The translations under genes and the position numbers were made by a program. The notes under the pieces are model-generated. The model was not told the DNA's origin and ran no database searches. It saw only the letters and a program-made list of their open reading frames with translations. DNA of 60,968 nt, counting the filler. It is 7 parts of 7 records of this genome, joined end to end, with 100 filler letters (N's around TTAATTAATTAA, not from the genome) between each part and the next. Parts side by side here need not be neighbours in the genome. Positions count along the whole stretch, not along the records: positions 40,694 to 46,235 come from SRR20825006_3028; positions 46,336 to 53,914 come from SRR20825006_3031; 5 more parts are not named here. The stretch is one strand, 5' to 3'. Below, piece after piece: positions 40,594-50,253 of this stretch; within the stretch, counting starts at the first letter, position 1; the number at the start of each line of letters is the position of its first letter.

Positions 40594-40693
40594 NNNNNNN
40601 NNNNNNNNNNNNNNNNNNNNNNNNNNNNNNNNNNNNNTTAATTAATTAANNNNNNNNNNNNNNNNNNNNNNNNNNNNNNNNNNNNNNNNNNNN
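40594..40693. other. Artificial contig spacer
   Basis: N44-TTAATTAATTAA-N44. Confidence 0.99.
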
Positions 40694-40866
40694 GTCAGGC
40701 CCCGATTTGTGCAACAAGGCCATGTTATATTATCTTCAATTTCTTCACATCTATCGAAGTACCAATTATCATTCTGGGAAATAATCTGATTGGAGAATTC
40801 CAAGGTATCTAATTCTAGTAGGAGCTCTCTAAATTCATTTACATTCAAATTCTTCACCCGCCTCAT
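40694..40866 (-). CDS. AT-rich hypothetical protein, N-terminal fragment
   Basis: Open from ATG 40866 to the contig end; AT-rich relative to the contig; promoter-like motif upstream. Confidence 0.5.
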
Positions 40867-40956
40867 GATTCTGACCTATGCCCCGTTTATGCTTCCAAAA
40901 TGTTTATGCAAGACTGAAGAGGGCACGTGGAAAGAGCAATAATATCCACTCTCGGT

Positions 40957-40985
40957 TTTGTAGTGAACAGCGTAGCACAATTCAA
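40957..40985 (-). promoter_or_regulatory. Sigma70-like promoter
   Basis: TTGAAT-N17-TACAAA on the minus strand. Confidence 0.45.
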
Positions 40986-41057
40986 CGCGTGCCACAGTAT
41001 TATGTTTGGAAGGATCTGACTGGTCGATATCTGAGTGCCGCACCCCGACCAGCCGGC

Positions 41058-41243
41058 CCTCCCACCAAGGGAGGAACGGGTCCAAAGCCCAGCCTCCGCA
41101 AGAGGCAACCCCGCCACGGCCAGCGACCGAAAAAACCGAAAGCCTCCCCCTCCACCCCTCCTCGAAAGCGCCTGCGACGTCCGCCCACCCCGGGCACGGC
41201 GGCGGGAATGACCCTCTGCGGATCGCCAAAGCGACCCCACAGG
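41058..41243. repeat. Cluster of GC-rich hairpins (REP/MITE-like or structured RNA)
   Basis: CCTCCC/GGGAGG, GCCTC/GAGGC, CCGCC/GGCGG and TCGC-CAAA-GCGA stems. Confidence 0.5.
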
Positions 41244-41329
41244 ATTTGTGCTCACCCCTCAAAAATTGCCCAGCACATCAAATAAATTGCGTCGGGCAAA
41301 TTGCCGCAGCACCACGGCCCATCGGCGTT

Positions 41330-41430
41330 TTGTACGCATCTGCCCCGAATATGTACAACACCGCCAAAACGGGCCCGAAACGCGCCTTTCGGGCAGGCGC
41401 GTCTTGTACAGGATCGGTTGGAATATGTAC
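41330..41430. repeat. Two TTGTAC-N11-GAATATGTAC direct repeats flanking overlapping inverted repeats
   Basis: Copies at 41330-41356 and 41404-41430. Confidence 0.7.
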
Positions 41431-41516
41431 GCAATCCACCCCGACAGCACCGCGCTGGCGGTCCGGTTAATCCGTCGTACGCCGTGTTAACAGGGACCGA
41501 CTGCGCGTGCCTGACC

Positions 41517-42308
41517 CTAGGCTCCGGCCGTCGTGTCCAGCCACATCAGCAGGCTCGTCACATGACTGTCCAGCCAGACCCGCGCCTGATCCACCGTGCC
41601 GACATAGCCGGTCATCACAGGCTCCAGCGCCGGCACTGCGGCCACGATTTGAGGGCTATAGACATAGATCACCGTCAGCACTGCAACTATCAGTAAAGAC
41701 GTGAAAAAACCGCGCCGGAACCCGCGTTTCTTGCGTTCTCGCACAGGCGCATCGGGGGCCGGATCGCCCTTGGCAATCTGGCGATCTCCCGTTGAACGCA
41801 AGGTTGAATTGATCTCTTCGATGTCAGGCAGCAGGTCGCGGCGTGACCCTGCGGCGGCAGCGGTTGCTGCGGCCTCGGAGACGGCCGGGTCCTGCCCACG
41901 CATCCGTGCCATACGGTCGCGGGCCTCTTGCGCCCGGCGCGCGGCCTCTTCGCTTTGGCCTTCGTCACCGCTGACGTCCAGACCCAGATCGGGCTGGGTT
42001 TCCAACCCTTCGCTCTCGCGCACCCGCGCCTCGGCTTCGGCCTCGGCACGCAGGATGTCCGACACGGCAGGGTCCAGCGTCCGGCGTTTCGGCTCGGGTG
42101 CTGGAACGCGTTCTTCCCCTTCGACAGGCAGATCCGGTTCGGGCGCCAGGGGGGCGGTGTCTTCGTCCTGTTCGGGGGGCATGTGGTCGGGATGATGCTG
42201 GAACCACGTCTGACCACAGTCAGAGCATTGGACGTCACGACCTTCGGACGGGATCACCTCGTCCGGCACCTCATATTGCGCATCGCAATTTGGACATACT
42301 AGCCGCAT
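41517..42308 (-). CDS. MJ0042-type zinc-ribbon membrane protein (ZitP-like)
   Basis: MRLVCPNCDAQY...VQCSDCGQTW; LLPDIEEINSTL; C-terminal TM; divergent from ftsE. Confidence 0.88.
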   Translation of the reverse strand: MRLVCPNCDAQYEVPDEVIPSEGRDVQCSDCGQTWFQHHPDHMPPEQDEDTAPLAPEPDLPVEGEERVPAPEPKRRTLDPAVSDILRAEAEAEARVRESEGLETQPDLGLDVSGDEGQSEEAARRAQEARDRMARMRGQDPAVSEAAATAAAAGSRRDLLPDIEEINSTLRSTGDRQIAKGDPAPDAPVRERKKRGFRRGFFTSLLIVAVLTVIYVYSPQIVAAVPALEPVMTGYVGTVDQARVWLDSHVTSLLMWLDTTAGA

Positions 42309-42470
42309 GGCGTGTCGCACCGCATAAATTCACCCGTTCCTTGCCCTGATCCACAGGATATGGTGTTGCGACTGCGCAGAAAAGTGCAATCTGCCCTCAA
42401 CCCCCGTTGCAAGGCGCATTGAAACCGCACCGATGCTAAGGCACAACAGGTGCATCAAGCGGGGTGAGAC

Positions 42471-43148
42471 GTGATCGAGCTAGAAAATGTGGCCTACAGC
42501 TACGGCGGGGGCGAATTGTTGTCGGATATTTCCGTCAAACTCGCGCCCGGATCTTTCCACTTTCTGACCGGACCATCGGGAGCAGGCAAGACCACTCTGC
42601 TCAAGCTGTGTTACGGCGCGTTGTTGCCCACCGCGGGCACCGTGCGGCTGCTGGGCGCGGATGTGCGCACGCTTCAGCGCGACGACATCGCCATGCTCCG
42701 GCGCCGGATCGGGGTCGTGCATCAGGACGTACAGTTCCTGGACCACCTGCCGGTTGCCGAAAACATCGCCCTGCCTCTGACCGTATCGGGACGGGGCGGC
42801 GCGGCGCAGGGCGGTGACCTTGAGGAACTCATGGCCTGGGTCGGTCTGACCGAGCGGTCGCAGGGGCTGCCGCCCGAGCTGTCGGGCGGGGAACGCCAAC
42901 GCGCGGCGCTGGCACGGGCGGTGATCATGTCACCCGATGTGGTGCTGGCGGATGAACCCACGGGCAACGTCGACTGGGAGATGTCCCAGCGTCTGCTGCA
43001 CCTGCTGATCGAGCTGAACCGCATGGGCAAGACGGTGCTGATTGCCACCCATGACCTGTCGCTGATCCGCGCCGCCAAGGCGCAGGTGCAGGCGCGCGTG
43101 CTGCGCATTGCCAACCGGCGCATCCAACTGGCGGGGGCGGACCTGTGA
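42471..43148 (+). CDS. ftsE: Cell division ATP-binding protein FtsE
   Basis: GPSGAGKT, LSGGERQR and ADEPTGN motifs; coupled to ftsX. Confidence 0.92.
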   Translation: MIELENVAYSYGGGELLSDISVKLAPGSFHFLTGPSGAGKTTLLKLCYGALLPTAGTVRLLGADVRTLQRDDIAMLRRRIGVVHQDVQFLDHLPVAENIALPLTVSGRGGAAQGGDLEELMAWVGLTERSQGLPPELSGGERQRAALARAVIMSPDVVLADEPTGNVDWEMSQRLLHLLIELNRMGKTVLIATHDLSLIRAAKAQVQARVLRIANRRIQLAGADL

Positions 43149-44053
43149 AGCTGAACCTGAACGCATTGCAATCGCTGACCCACAGCGACCGCCAGGCCGA
43201 CCGCGTTGTGCCGCCTTCGGGGTTTACCGCACGGCTGACCCTGTTTGCAGCCGCCGCCATGGCCTTTCTGGCCGTGTTCGCGCTTGCCCTGTCGATGGCC
43301 ACGGGACGGCTTGCCAGCCAGTGGAGCGCTGAACTGGCACGCACCGCGACGATCCGCATTGTCGCCCCGCTGGACCAGCGGGCCACGCAGACCGAGGCGG
43401 CATTGGCCGTGCTGCAAACCACCGCAGGCGTGCAAAGCGCACGTGCATTGAGTGACGAGGAACAGTCGGCCCTGCTGGCCCCGTGGTTCGGCCCCGAGGT
43501 CTCGCTGGACGGCCTGCCGGTGCCGCGCCTGATCGAAATTATCGAAACCTCTGACGGGATCGACGCCGCGGGTTTGCGGCTGCGGCTGTCTGCCGAGGTG
43601 CCGGGTGCCGTGCTGGACGATCACAGCCGCTGGCGTGCCCCGCTGGTCAAGGCCGCGTCGCGGTTGCGCCTGCTGGGCTGGGTTGCCACGGTGCTGATCG
43701 TGGCCACGGTGGCCGCGATGGTGACGCTGGCCGCGCAGGCTGCGCTGGCCGCCAATGCGCAGGTGATCGCGGTGCTGCGTCTGGTGGGCGCAACCGACCG
43801 CTATATCGCCCAGGCCTTTATCCGCCGCTTTACATTGCGTGCGCTGGCCGGATCGGCGCTGGGTGTGGTCCTGGGCGTGATTGCGGTGGTGCTGATGCCC
43901 TCGGGCGGCAGTGAGATGTCGGGTTTTCTCACCGGATTGCGCTTTCAGGGGCTGGGCTGGGTCGTGCCGTTCCTGATCCCGCCACTGACGGCCCTGGTGG
44001 CCTTTGCCGCCACGGGCGCGGCGGCCCGTCGTACATTGGAGAACCTGTCATGA
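43145..44053 (+). CDS. ftsX: Cell division permease FtsX
   Basis: Four TMs; LDDHSRW and LRLVGATD motifs; follows ftsE. Confidence 0.92.
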   Translation: MKLNLNALQSLTHSDRQADRVVPPSGFTARLTLFAAAAMAFLAVFALALSMATGRLASQWSAELARTATIRIVAPLDQRATQTEAALAVLQTTAGVQSARALSDEEQSALLAPWFGPEVSLDGLPVPRLIEIIETSDGIDAAGLRLRLSAEVPGAVLDDHSRWRAPLVKAASRLRLLGWVATVLIVATVAAMVTLAAQAALAANAQVIAVLRLVGATDRYIAQAFIRRFTLRALAGSALGVVLGVIAVVLMPSGGSEMSGFLTGLRFQGLGWVVPFLIPPLTALVAFAATGAAARRTLENLS

Positions 44054-44787
44054 TCGCACTTCAATGGCTGCGCTCGCTGATCTTTGTGGCGCAAATCTAT
44101 CTGGCGATGCTGGTGGTCGGCGTGGTCTTTGCGCCCTATGCGCTGTTCAGCCGCGCTGGCGCGCGGGCAGCCTGCAAGACGTGGTGCAAATGGGTGTTCT
44201 GGACGGCGGGCTGGATGGTCGGCATCCGGACCGAAGTGCGCGGCGAGGTGCCCACCGGCGACGTTCTGATCGCGGCCAAGCACCAGTCGTTCCTGGACAT
44301 CATGCTGATTTTCCACGCGGTGCCCAAGGGCAAGTTCATCATGAAACGCGAGATCCTGTGGACTCCAATCATCGGCCTCTATGCCAAGGGCATCGGCTGC
44401 ATCCCCGTGGCACGCGGCAAGCGCGGCGTTGCGATCAAGCAGATGGTGCGCGACGTGGATGCGGGCCGTCTTGAGGCGGGGCAGTTGATCATCTATTCCC
44501 AAGGCACGCGCGTTGCACCGGGGGTCAAGGCGCCCTACAAGGTCGGCACTGCCGTGCTGTACAACGAACTGGGCCAGCCATGCGTGCCTGTGGCCACCAA
44601 TGTAGGCGTGTTCTGGCCGCGCAAGGGTATCCTGCGCAAACCGGGGCTGGCGGTGATCGAGTTCCTGCCCACCATGCCCGAAGGGCTGCCGCGCGAGGAA
44701 TTCATGGCGACCTTGCAGCAGACCGTCGAGGCGCGGTCGGACGCCCTGCTGGTCGAGGCGGGGTTTGATGTGAAAAGGTTGGGCTGA
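44050..44787 (+). CDS. plsC: 1-acyl-sn-glycerol-3-phosphate acyltransferase
   Basis: KHQSFLD, IYSQGTR and PVATN motifs. Confidence 0.88.
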   Translation: MIALQWLRSLIFVAQIYLAMLVVGVVFAPYALFSRAGARAACKTWCKWVFWTAGWMVGIRTEVRGEVPTGDVLIAAKHQSFLDIMLIFHAVPKGKFIMKREILWTPIIGLYAKGIGCIPVARGKRGVAIKQMVRDVDAGRLEAGQLIIYSQGTRVAPGVKAPYKVGTAVLYNELGQPCVPVATNVGVFWPRKGILRKPGLAVIEFLPTMPEGLPREEFMATLQQTVEARSDALLVEAGFDVKRLG

Positions 44788-45389
44788 TGCAGTGGATCGA
44801 GAAGGAAAGCGCGCTTGAGGCGCTTTATGGCACGCCCGGACAACCTGCGTTGCGCAAGGTTTCGGACCACCTGACACCGCTTTACCGCAAATGGATCATG
44901 GCCTCGCGGTTCTGCGTGCTGACCACTGTCGGCGCTGCGGGCACCGATGGCAGCCCGCGTGGCGACGATGGCCCGGTTGTGCTGGAACTGGACCCTCAGA
45001 CGCTGGCCATGCCCGACTGGCGTGGCAACAACCGGCTGGATTCGCTGCGCAATATCGTGACGGACGGGCGCGTGTCGCTGATGTTCATGGTGCCGGGATC
45101 GAACACGGTGGTGCGGGTGAACGGGCAGGCGCGGTTGACCGATGACGCCGATTTGCGCGCGCGGTTTGCTGCGGGCAAGGCCACGCCCGCCACGGTGATC
45201 GTGATCCGCATTGCCAAAGTTTACACCCAATGCGCCCGCGCCGTGATGCGCGCGGACCTGTGGGCGCGCGACGACAGCGCAGGCCTGCCGCGTCCGGGCG
45301 AGATACTGGCCGAAGTGACGGATGGGGCAGAGGGCGGCGCAGCCTATGACGCCGCATGGCCCAAGCGCGCCAGCGAGACGATGTGGTGA
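44787..45389 (+). CDS. Pyridoxamine 5'-phosphate oxidase family FMN-binding protein
   Basis: DGSPRGD, PDWRGNNRLDS and QCARA motifs. Confidence 0.88.
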   Translation: MQWIEKESALEALYGTPGQPALRKVSDHLTPLYRKWIMASRFCVLTTVGAAGTDGSPRGDDGPVVLELDPQTLAMPDWRGNNRLDSLRNIVTDGRVSLMFMVPGSNTVVRVNGQARLTDDADLRARFAAGKATPATVIVIRIAKVYTQCARAVMRADLWARDDSAGLPRPGEILAEVTDGAEGGAAYDAAWPKRASETMW

Positions 45390-45526
45390 GATGAAGAACC
45401 GGGATGCGTGACATTCCAACCACAGGCTGTGGATTGACGCCATTCGGCGTCGTATGGGGTTGAGCGTTCGGTAACGCGTTTGTTACTGATGACTCCTCAA
45501 CTACTTTATTCCGGAGCCTTTCCAAT

Positions 45527-45916
45527 ATGTTCAAACCTTTTGCCACTGCCGCTCTGGCAGGCTGTCTTTTGCTGTCTGCCTGCGCCGAAAAGTCCGAAAA
45601 CGTTCAGGCCGCTCAAGTCTCTACCATCGGTTATGACCGCCTGACCTGCCGCCAGATTGCTGAAGAGGCCACGTTGGTGTCGCAACGCGCGCAAGCGGTT
45701 TCGGGTGAGCAGAACGAAGCTGCCAAAAACGACGCTGTGGCGACTGGTGTTGCGCTGGTTGTGTTCTGGCCTGCGGCTTTTTTCATCAAGGGCAATAAAG
45801 CCAAGGCCGCTGAACTGGCCCGTCTGAAAGGCGAGTTGAACGCGCTTGAGCAGGTATCCGTGCGCAAGAATTGCGGCATTACCTTCCAAAAAGCACCCCT
45901 CGCTAAATCCGAGTAA
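45527..45916 (+). CDS. Hypothetical lipoprotein
   Basis: LSAC lipobox; VFWPA...ARLKGE; paired Cys. Confidence 0.8.
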   Translation: MFKPFATAALAGCLLLSACAEKSENVQAAQVSTIGYDRLTCRQIAEEATLVSQRAQAVSGEQNEAAKNDAVATGVALVVFWPAAFFIKGNKAKAAELARLKGELNALEQVSVRKNCGITFQKAPLAKSE

Positions 45917-45926
45917 CGATAAATGA

Positions 45927-45954
45927 AAAAGGCGCGCCGGTGGGCGCGCCTTTT
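45927..45954. terminator. Bidirectional terminator
   Basis: AAAAGGCGCGCC-GGTG-GGCGCGCCTTTT between convergent genes. Confidence 0.85.
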
Positions 45955-45977
45955 GTGTCAGGTCTGGCGGGTGCCAA

Positions 45978-46235
<258 letters not shown>

Positions 46236-46335
46236 NNNNNNNNNNNNNNNNNNNNNNNNNNNNNNNNNNNNNNNNNNNNTTAATTAATTAANNNNNNNNN
46301 NNNNNNNNNNNNNNNNNNNNNNNNNNNNNNNNNNN
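46236..46335. other. Artificial contig spacer
   Basis: N44-TTAATTAATTAA-N44. Confidence 0.99.
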
Positions 46336-46678
46336 TATTATTTACGAAGGAAGAAAGTTTAAATCCTACCGCGGAATGGGTTCTGTGGAAGCGATGCGAC
46401 AAGGAAGTAAAGATCGTTATTTTCAAGATGTGGAAGATGATATTAAAAAACTGGTTCCAGAAGGTATTGTAGGTCGTGTTCCATATAAAGGAGAATTACT
46501 GGAAAGTATGACTCAGTTTATTGGTGGTTTGCGTGCAGGAATGGGATACTGTGGCTCGAAAGATATTGAGACTTTAAAAGAAACAGGGAGATTTATTAAA
46601 ATTACTGCTTCTGGAATCAATGAAAGTCACCCGCATGATGTTACAATTACAAAGGAATCTCCAAATTATAGTAGGTAA
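46336..46678 (+). CDS. guaB: IMP dehydrogenase, C-terminal fragment
   Basis: YRGMGS, LVPEGI and ESHPHDV...PNY motifs. Confidence 0.95.
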
Positions 46679-46736
46679 AAATTAGAAGTAGGTTTATTTA
46701 TTACTTTAAATTTTTTTTATAATAGATTTTGTGTGC

Positions 46737-47159
46737 TTATTCAATTGTAACTATAAGAGCTTCAAAATATTTAATAATTTTTTCAAGCTGTTCTTTGTTT
46801 TTTATTCTAATAATGGCACTGTAAGTAATCTGATTATTTTCTATTCCTAGTCGGGAAAAAGGAAAGTGAAGAAGGGCAGGAGTATATTTGTTTGAAAGTA
46901 ATTTTTCTGTTAAAGCTGTTCTTTTTCCACTTATACTATATTGTGGGTAACGGCTAATTATACTTATAAATTTCGATTTTTTTATTTCAGACTTTCCTGT
47001 AATTAGTATTGTTGGCAACCCTCGCTTTATTTTTATTTTGAGTTTTCTTTTCCAGGTAAGCACTATTTTATAGTTTTTACCATCAATTTTAATAGTATCG
47101 TTAATACTACCAGAGGGCTTGTTTGAAATAACTTCAATATAACTTTCAAAAGCTTTCAT
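46737..47159 (-). CDS. Hypothetical basic protein
   Basis: 140 aa ORF in AT-rich DNA; Bacteroidetes TATATTTG -7 element at 47181-47188 (minus). Confidence 0.6.
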   Translation of the reverse strand: MKAFESYIEVISNKPSGSINDTIKIDGKNYKIVLTWKRKLKIKIKRGLPTILITGKSEIKKSKFISIISRYPQYSISGKRTALTEKLLSNKYTPALLHFPFSRLGIENNQITYSAIIRIKNKEQLEKIIKYFEALIVTIE

Positions 47160-47210
47160 TTAGTATTATTACTTAGCTTTCAAATATAGTTAATTGTAGG
47201 AATAGGAAAT

Positions 47211-47246
47211 AAAAAACGTGAAGCCCCTAAAAGCTTCACGTTTTTT
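47211..47246. terminator. Bidirectional terminator
   Basis: AAAAAACGTGAAGC / GCTTCACGTTTTTT. Confidence 0.88.
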
Positions 47247-47267
47247 GTGTTTTAGAAATGGATTGAA

Positions 47268-47783
47268 TTATTTCCCTTCTTCTTCCGGAGTAATAGTAAT
47301 GCCTAATTCAGTAAGAATTGGAACAGTAAGATCGTAATTTGGGTCTAAGTAAACCATGTCTGGAGTGGTTTGCATTACTTGGGTGTAATTTCCTGCTTTT
47401 GCAAGTTTGTCTAGTGCTTCTCCAATTTTCTTGTAAAGTGGCTGCAAATATTCTTGTTGTTTAATTTCCATCAGTTTGGTTCCATTCTGCTGGAATTTTT
47501 GAATATCAGCTTCAAGGTTCATTAAAGCAGTTTGTTTTTCTTTTTTCTTCTCGGCGGTAAAAGTAGCTTCACCAGCTTTATATTCTTCTGCAAGAGTTTT
47601 GTATTCGGCAACTTTTTTAGAAAGGTCAACATCCAATTGTTTTCCATAAGTTTCTAATTGAGTTTGGACGGTTGTCATTTCTGGCATTTTTGAAAGTATA
47701 AAATCTACATCTACAGCACCAACTTTACCTTGGGCAAAAGCAGAAATACCTATAAAGAATACAGCAATTTTTAATAATTTCAT
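47268..47783 (-). CDS. OmpH/Skp outer membrane chaperone
   Basis: Signal peptide, KVGAVDVDFILSKMPE, long coiled coil and YDLT. Confidence 0.88.
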   Translation of the reverse strand: MKLLKIAVFFIGISAFAQGKVGAVDVDFILSKMPEMTTVQTQLETYGKQLDVDLSKKVAEYKTLAEEYKAGEATFTAEKKKEKQTALMNLEADIQKFQQNGTKLMEIKQQEYLQPLYKKIGEALDKLAKAGNYTQVMQTTPDMVYLDPNYDLTVPILTELGITITPEEEGK

Positions 47784-47846
47784 TTTGTTTGTTTTAAAAA
47801 TAATTAGCAGCGCAATATTACTATAATTATTAGACATAAACATACT

Positions 47847-48089
47847 TTATACCTCATCATATAATTGGCCGCGAGTAGGTTTTAATGTTTCTCTTAAGGT
47901 ATCCATGTGTTTTTTTTCAACAATTAAATACGCTATGTGATGCATCTCTGTTATTTCTTCTTGGCCGGAAATAGTATTGTTTAATTTTTCAGCTTCAGCA
48001 AATTCGTTAAGGTGTATTGCATGGTGTGTAGCGATAGGTTTCGCATTTGGACCGCGAAAATCCCAAATAAGTTTAACTCTTTCAGTCAT
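47847..48089 (-). CDS. Hypothetical protein
   Basis: 80 aa ORF with KLIWDFRGP...HHAIHL...LKPTRG. Confidence 0.7.
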   Translation of the reverse strand: MTERVKLIWDFRGPNAKPIATHHAIHLNEFAEAEKLNNTISGQEEITEMHHIAYLIVEKKHMDTLRETLKPTRGQLYDEV

Positions 48090-48258
48090 TTAAATTTAAT
48101 TTTGAAACAAAGCATAAGTGCTTTAAAAAACACATGGTTGCAGTTATTATACAACTTTGGCAAGTTACGTATTTTCAAAAATATTTTAAAAACAGTAAAA
48201 CACTATAATTATATTAAATTCGTTTCATTTTCTGATGTGAGTTCCCGTAGCTTTTTGT

Positions 48259-48266
48259 TATTTTTG
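48259..48266 (+). promoter_or_regulatory. Bacteroidetes -7 promoter element
   Basis: TATTTTTG matches TAnnTTTG, about 35 nt upstream of the PPIase start. Confidence 0.55.
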
Positions 48267-48300
48267 CGTCGCTTCATTAAAAAATAAATATTCAATAAAT

Positions 48301-50253
48301 ATGAAAAATTTTCTTTCCGTATGCATTTTGGCCTTCATGTGTGCCACAGTTTATTCACAAGATAAAAAAGATGTATTAATGACCATAAACGAGAAACCCG
48401 TTTATGCAAAAGAATTTGAACGTGTTTACAAGAAAAATCTAGACCTTGTTCAGGATGAATCTCAAAAAGATATTGATGGATATCTTGATCTTTTTATTGA
48501 TTATAAGCTAAAAATAGCTGAAGCTAAAGCACAAGGTTTAGATAAAGAAAACAATTACGTTAGCGAACTTTCAAAGTACCGTGACCAACTTTCGCGTAAT
48601 TATATTTACGAAAACAAAATAACCGAGGAGTTAGCTAAAGAAGCTTATGAGCGCGGCATGCTAGATATTGATGCAACACATATTTTAATTAAGGTTGATT
48701 ATGAAGCTGTGCCACAAGATACTTTGGCAGCTTATAATAAAATAAAATCCATTCGTGAGAAAGCTTTAAAAGGAGAAGATTTTAAAAAGTTAGCTAAAAC
48801 ATATTCTGAAGAACCAGGATCTAAAGAAAGAGGTGGTGAGCTAGGTTATTTTTCAGTTTTCACGATGGTTTATCCTTTTGAAAATGCGGCTTATAATACA
48901 AATATTGGTGAAATTTCAGAAATTACACGTACTAGTTTCGGATATCATATAATAAAAGTAAACGACAGAAGAAAAAGACTTCCAAAAATAGAGGTGTCGC
49001 ACATAATGATTTCAGATAAAAAAGGGGCGCGTAATTTTAATCCTGAAGAACGTATCAACGAAATTTATACCATGCTAAAACAAGGTGAAGCATTTGAAAG
49101 CCTTGCTAAACAATTTTCAGATGATAAAAACTCAGCAATTAACAATGGAAAATTAAAACCTTTTACAAAAGGCGAACTTCGTGCATCAGAGTTTGAGGAT
49201 GCGGCATATGCTCTTAAAAATCCAGGTGATTTAAGCAAGCCAGTAAAAACCGATTTTGGATGGCATATTATCCGTTTGGAAGAAAAATTGCCAATGGAAT
49301 CTTTTGAAAGTAAAAGAGAAGAGCTTGAGAAAAAAGTTACGGATGGTGACCGTTCTAAAATTGTAACGAGTACTGTAAATAAAAAAATTAAGGAGAAATA
49401 TGGTTTCAAAAAAGGAGAAAGCTATTTGCCTTATTTTGATACCTATCTTGGAGATGCAATTTTAAAAAGAAGCTGGACAATGACCCCAATTCCTGCTGAA
49501 GAGGATAAGGTGCTTTTTACTATTGGCGATAGAAATGCAACCTTTACTGGTTTTGCAAAATATATTGAAGATCGTCAACGGTCTACAAGACCTTATAAAC
49601 TTAAAGAGAAATTGCTTGTAGAATTTTATGATGAGTTTGAAACAAAAGAGTTGAAGGATTATTTTAAAGAAAGGCTTGAAGAAGAAAATGAAGATTACGC
49701 AGCTATTCTTAACGAATATCGTGATGGACTTTTAATTTTTGACGTAATGGATAAAAACATATGGCAAAAAGGTAAGAATGATACTATTGGCCTTCAGCAG
49801 TATTATGAAAAAACAAAAGAAAACTACCAATGGAAACAACGTGTAGATGCAGACGTTTATTCGGCAACAACAGAAGCTTATGCACAGCAAATTCAAAAGA
49901 TGCTAAACGAAGGAAAAACTTCTGAAGAAATTAAAACAGCATTAAACCCTGACGACACAGTTAATGTTTTAATTACGCCTGGTGTATTTGAAATAGACCA
50001 ACGTGAGCTTCCACAAAATCTTGAAATTAAGAAAGGTATTTCTAAAATTTCACAAGATAACGACTCCTTTGTTATTGTAAATATTAAAGATATTATTGCT
50101 CCTGGTGTAAAATCTTTTGAAGATATTAAAGGTAAAGTATTAAGCAATTATCAAAATGATATTGAAGCTTCATGGATGCAAAGTTTGCATTCTAAGTATA
50201 CTGTTGAAGTTAATAAAAAAGGCTTAAAACGCGTTAAGAAATCATTGAAGTGA
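48301..50253 (+). CDS. Parvulin-type peptidyl-prolyl isomerase (two PpiC domains)
   Basis: THILI...GGELG...FGYHIIK and SHIMI...FGWHIIR; signal peptide. Confidence 0.9.
   Translation: MKNFLSVCILAFMCATVYSQDKKDVLMTINEKPVYAKEFERVYKKNLDLVQDESQKDIDGYLDLFIDYKLKIAEAKAQGLDKENNYVSELSKYRDQLSRNYIYENKITEELAKEAYERGMLDIDATHILIKVDYEAVPQDTLAAYNKIKSIREKALKGEDFKKLAKTYSEEPGSKERGGELGYFSVFTMVYPFENAAYNTNIGEISEITRTSFGYHIIKVNDRRKRLPKIEVSHIMISDKKGARNFNPEERINEIYTMLKQGEAFESLAKQFSDDKNSAINNGKLKPFTKGELRASEFEDAAYALKNPGDLSKPVKTDFGWHIIRLEEKLPMESFESKREELEKKVTDGDRSKIVTSTVNKKIKEKYGFKKGESYLPYFDTYLGDAILKRSWTMTPIPAEEDKVLFTIGDRNATFTGFAKYIEDRQRSTRPYKLKEKLLVEFYDEFETKELKDYFKERLEEENEDYAAILNEYRDGLLIFDVMDKNIWQKGKNDTIGLQQYYEKTKENYQWKQRVDADVYSATTEAYAQQIQKMLNEGKTSEEIKTALNPDDTVNVLITPGVFEIDQRELPQNLEIKKGISKISQDNDSFVIVNIKDIIAPGVKSFEDIKGKVLSNYQNDIEASWMQSLHSKYTVEVNKKGLKRVKKSLK

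Noticed and set aside
41040..41450. Retron msr/msd or group II intron
   Set aside because: No reverse transcriptase in view and no recognisable intron domain V or retron a1/a2 repeats.
40876..41490. Several overlapping short ORFs across the structured region
   Set aside because: Low-complexity Pro/Arg/Gly translations of GC-rich palindromes with no RBS or motif support.
17841..42308. MJ0042 zinc-ribbon genes and PNPOx-like genes recurring across the window as one system
   Set aside because: They lie on different fragments from different organisms; co-occurrence is coincidental.
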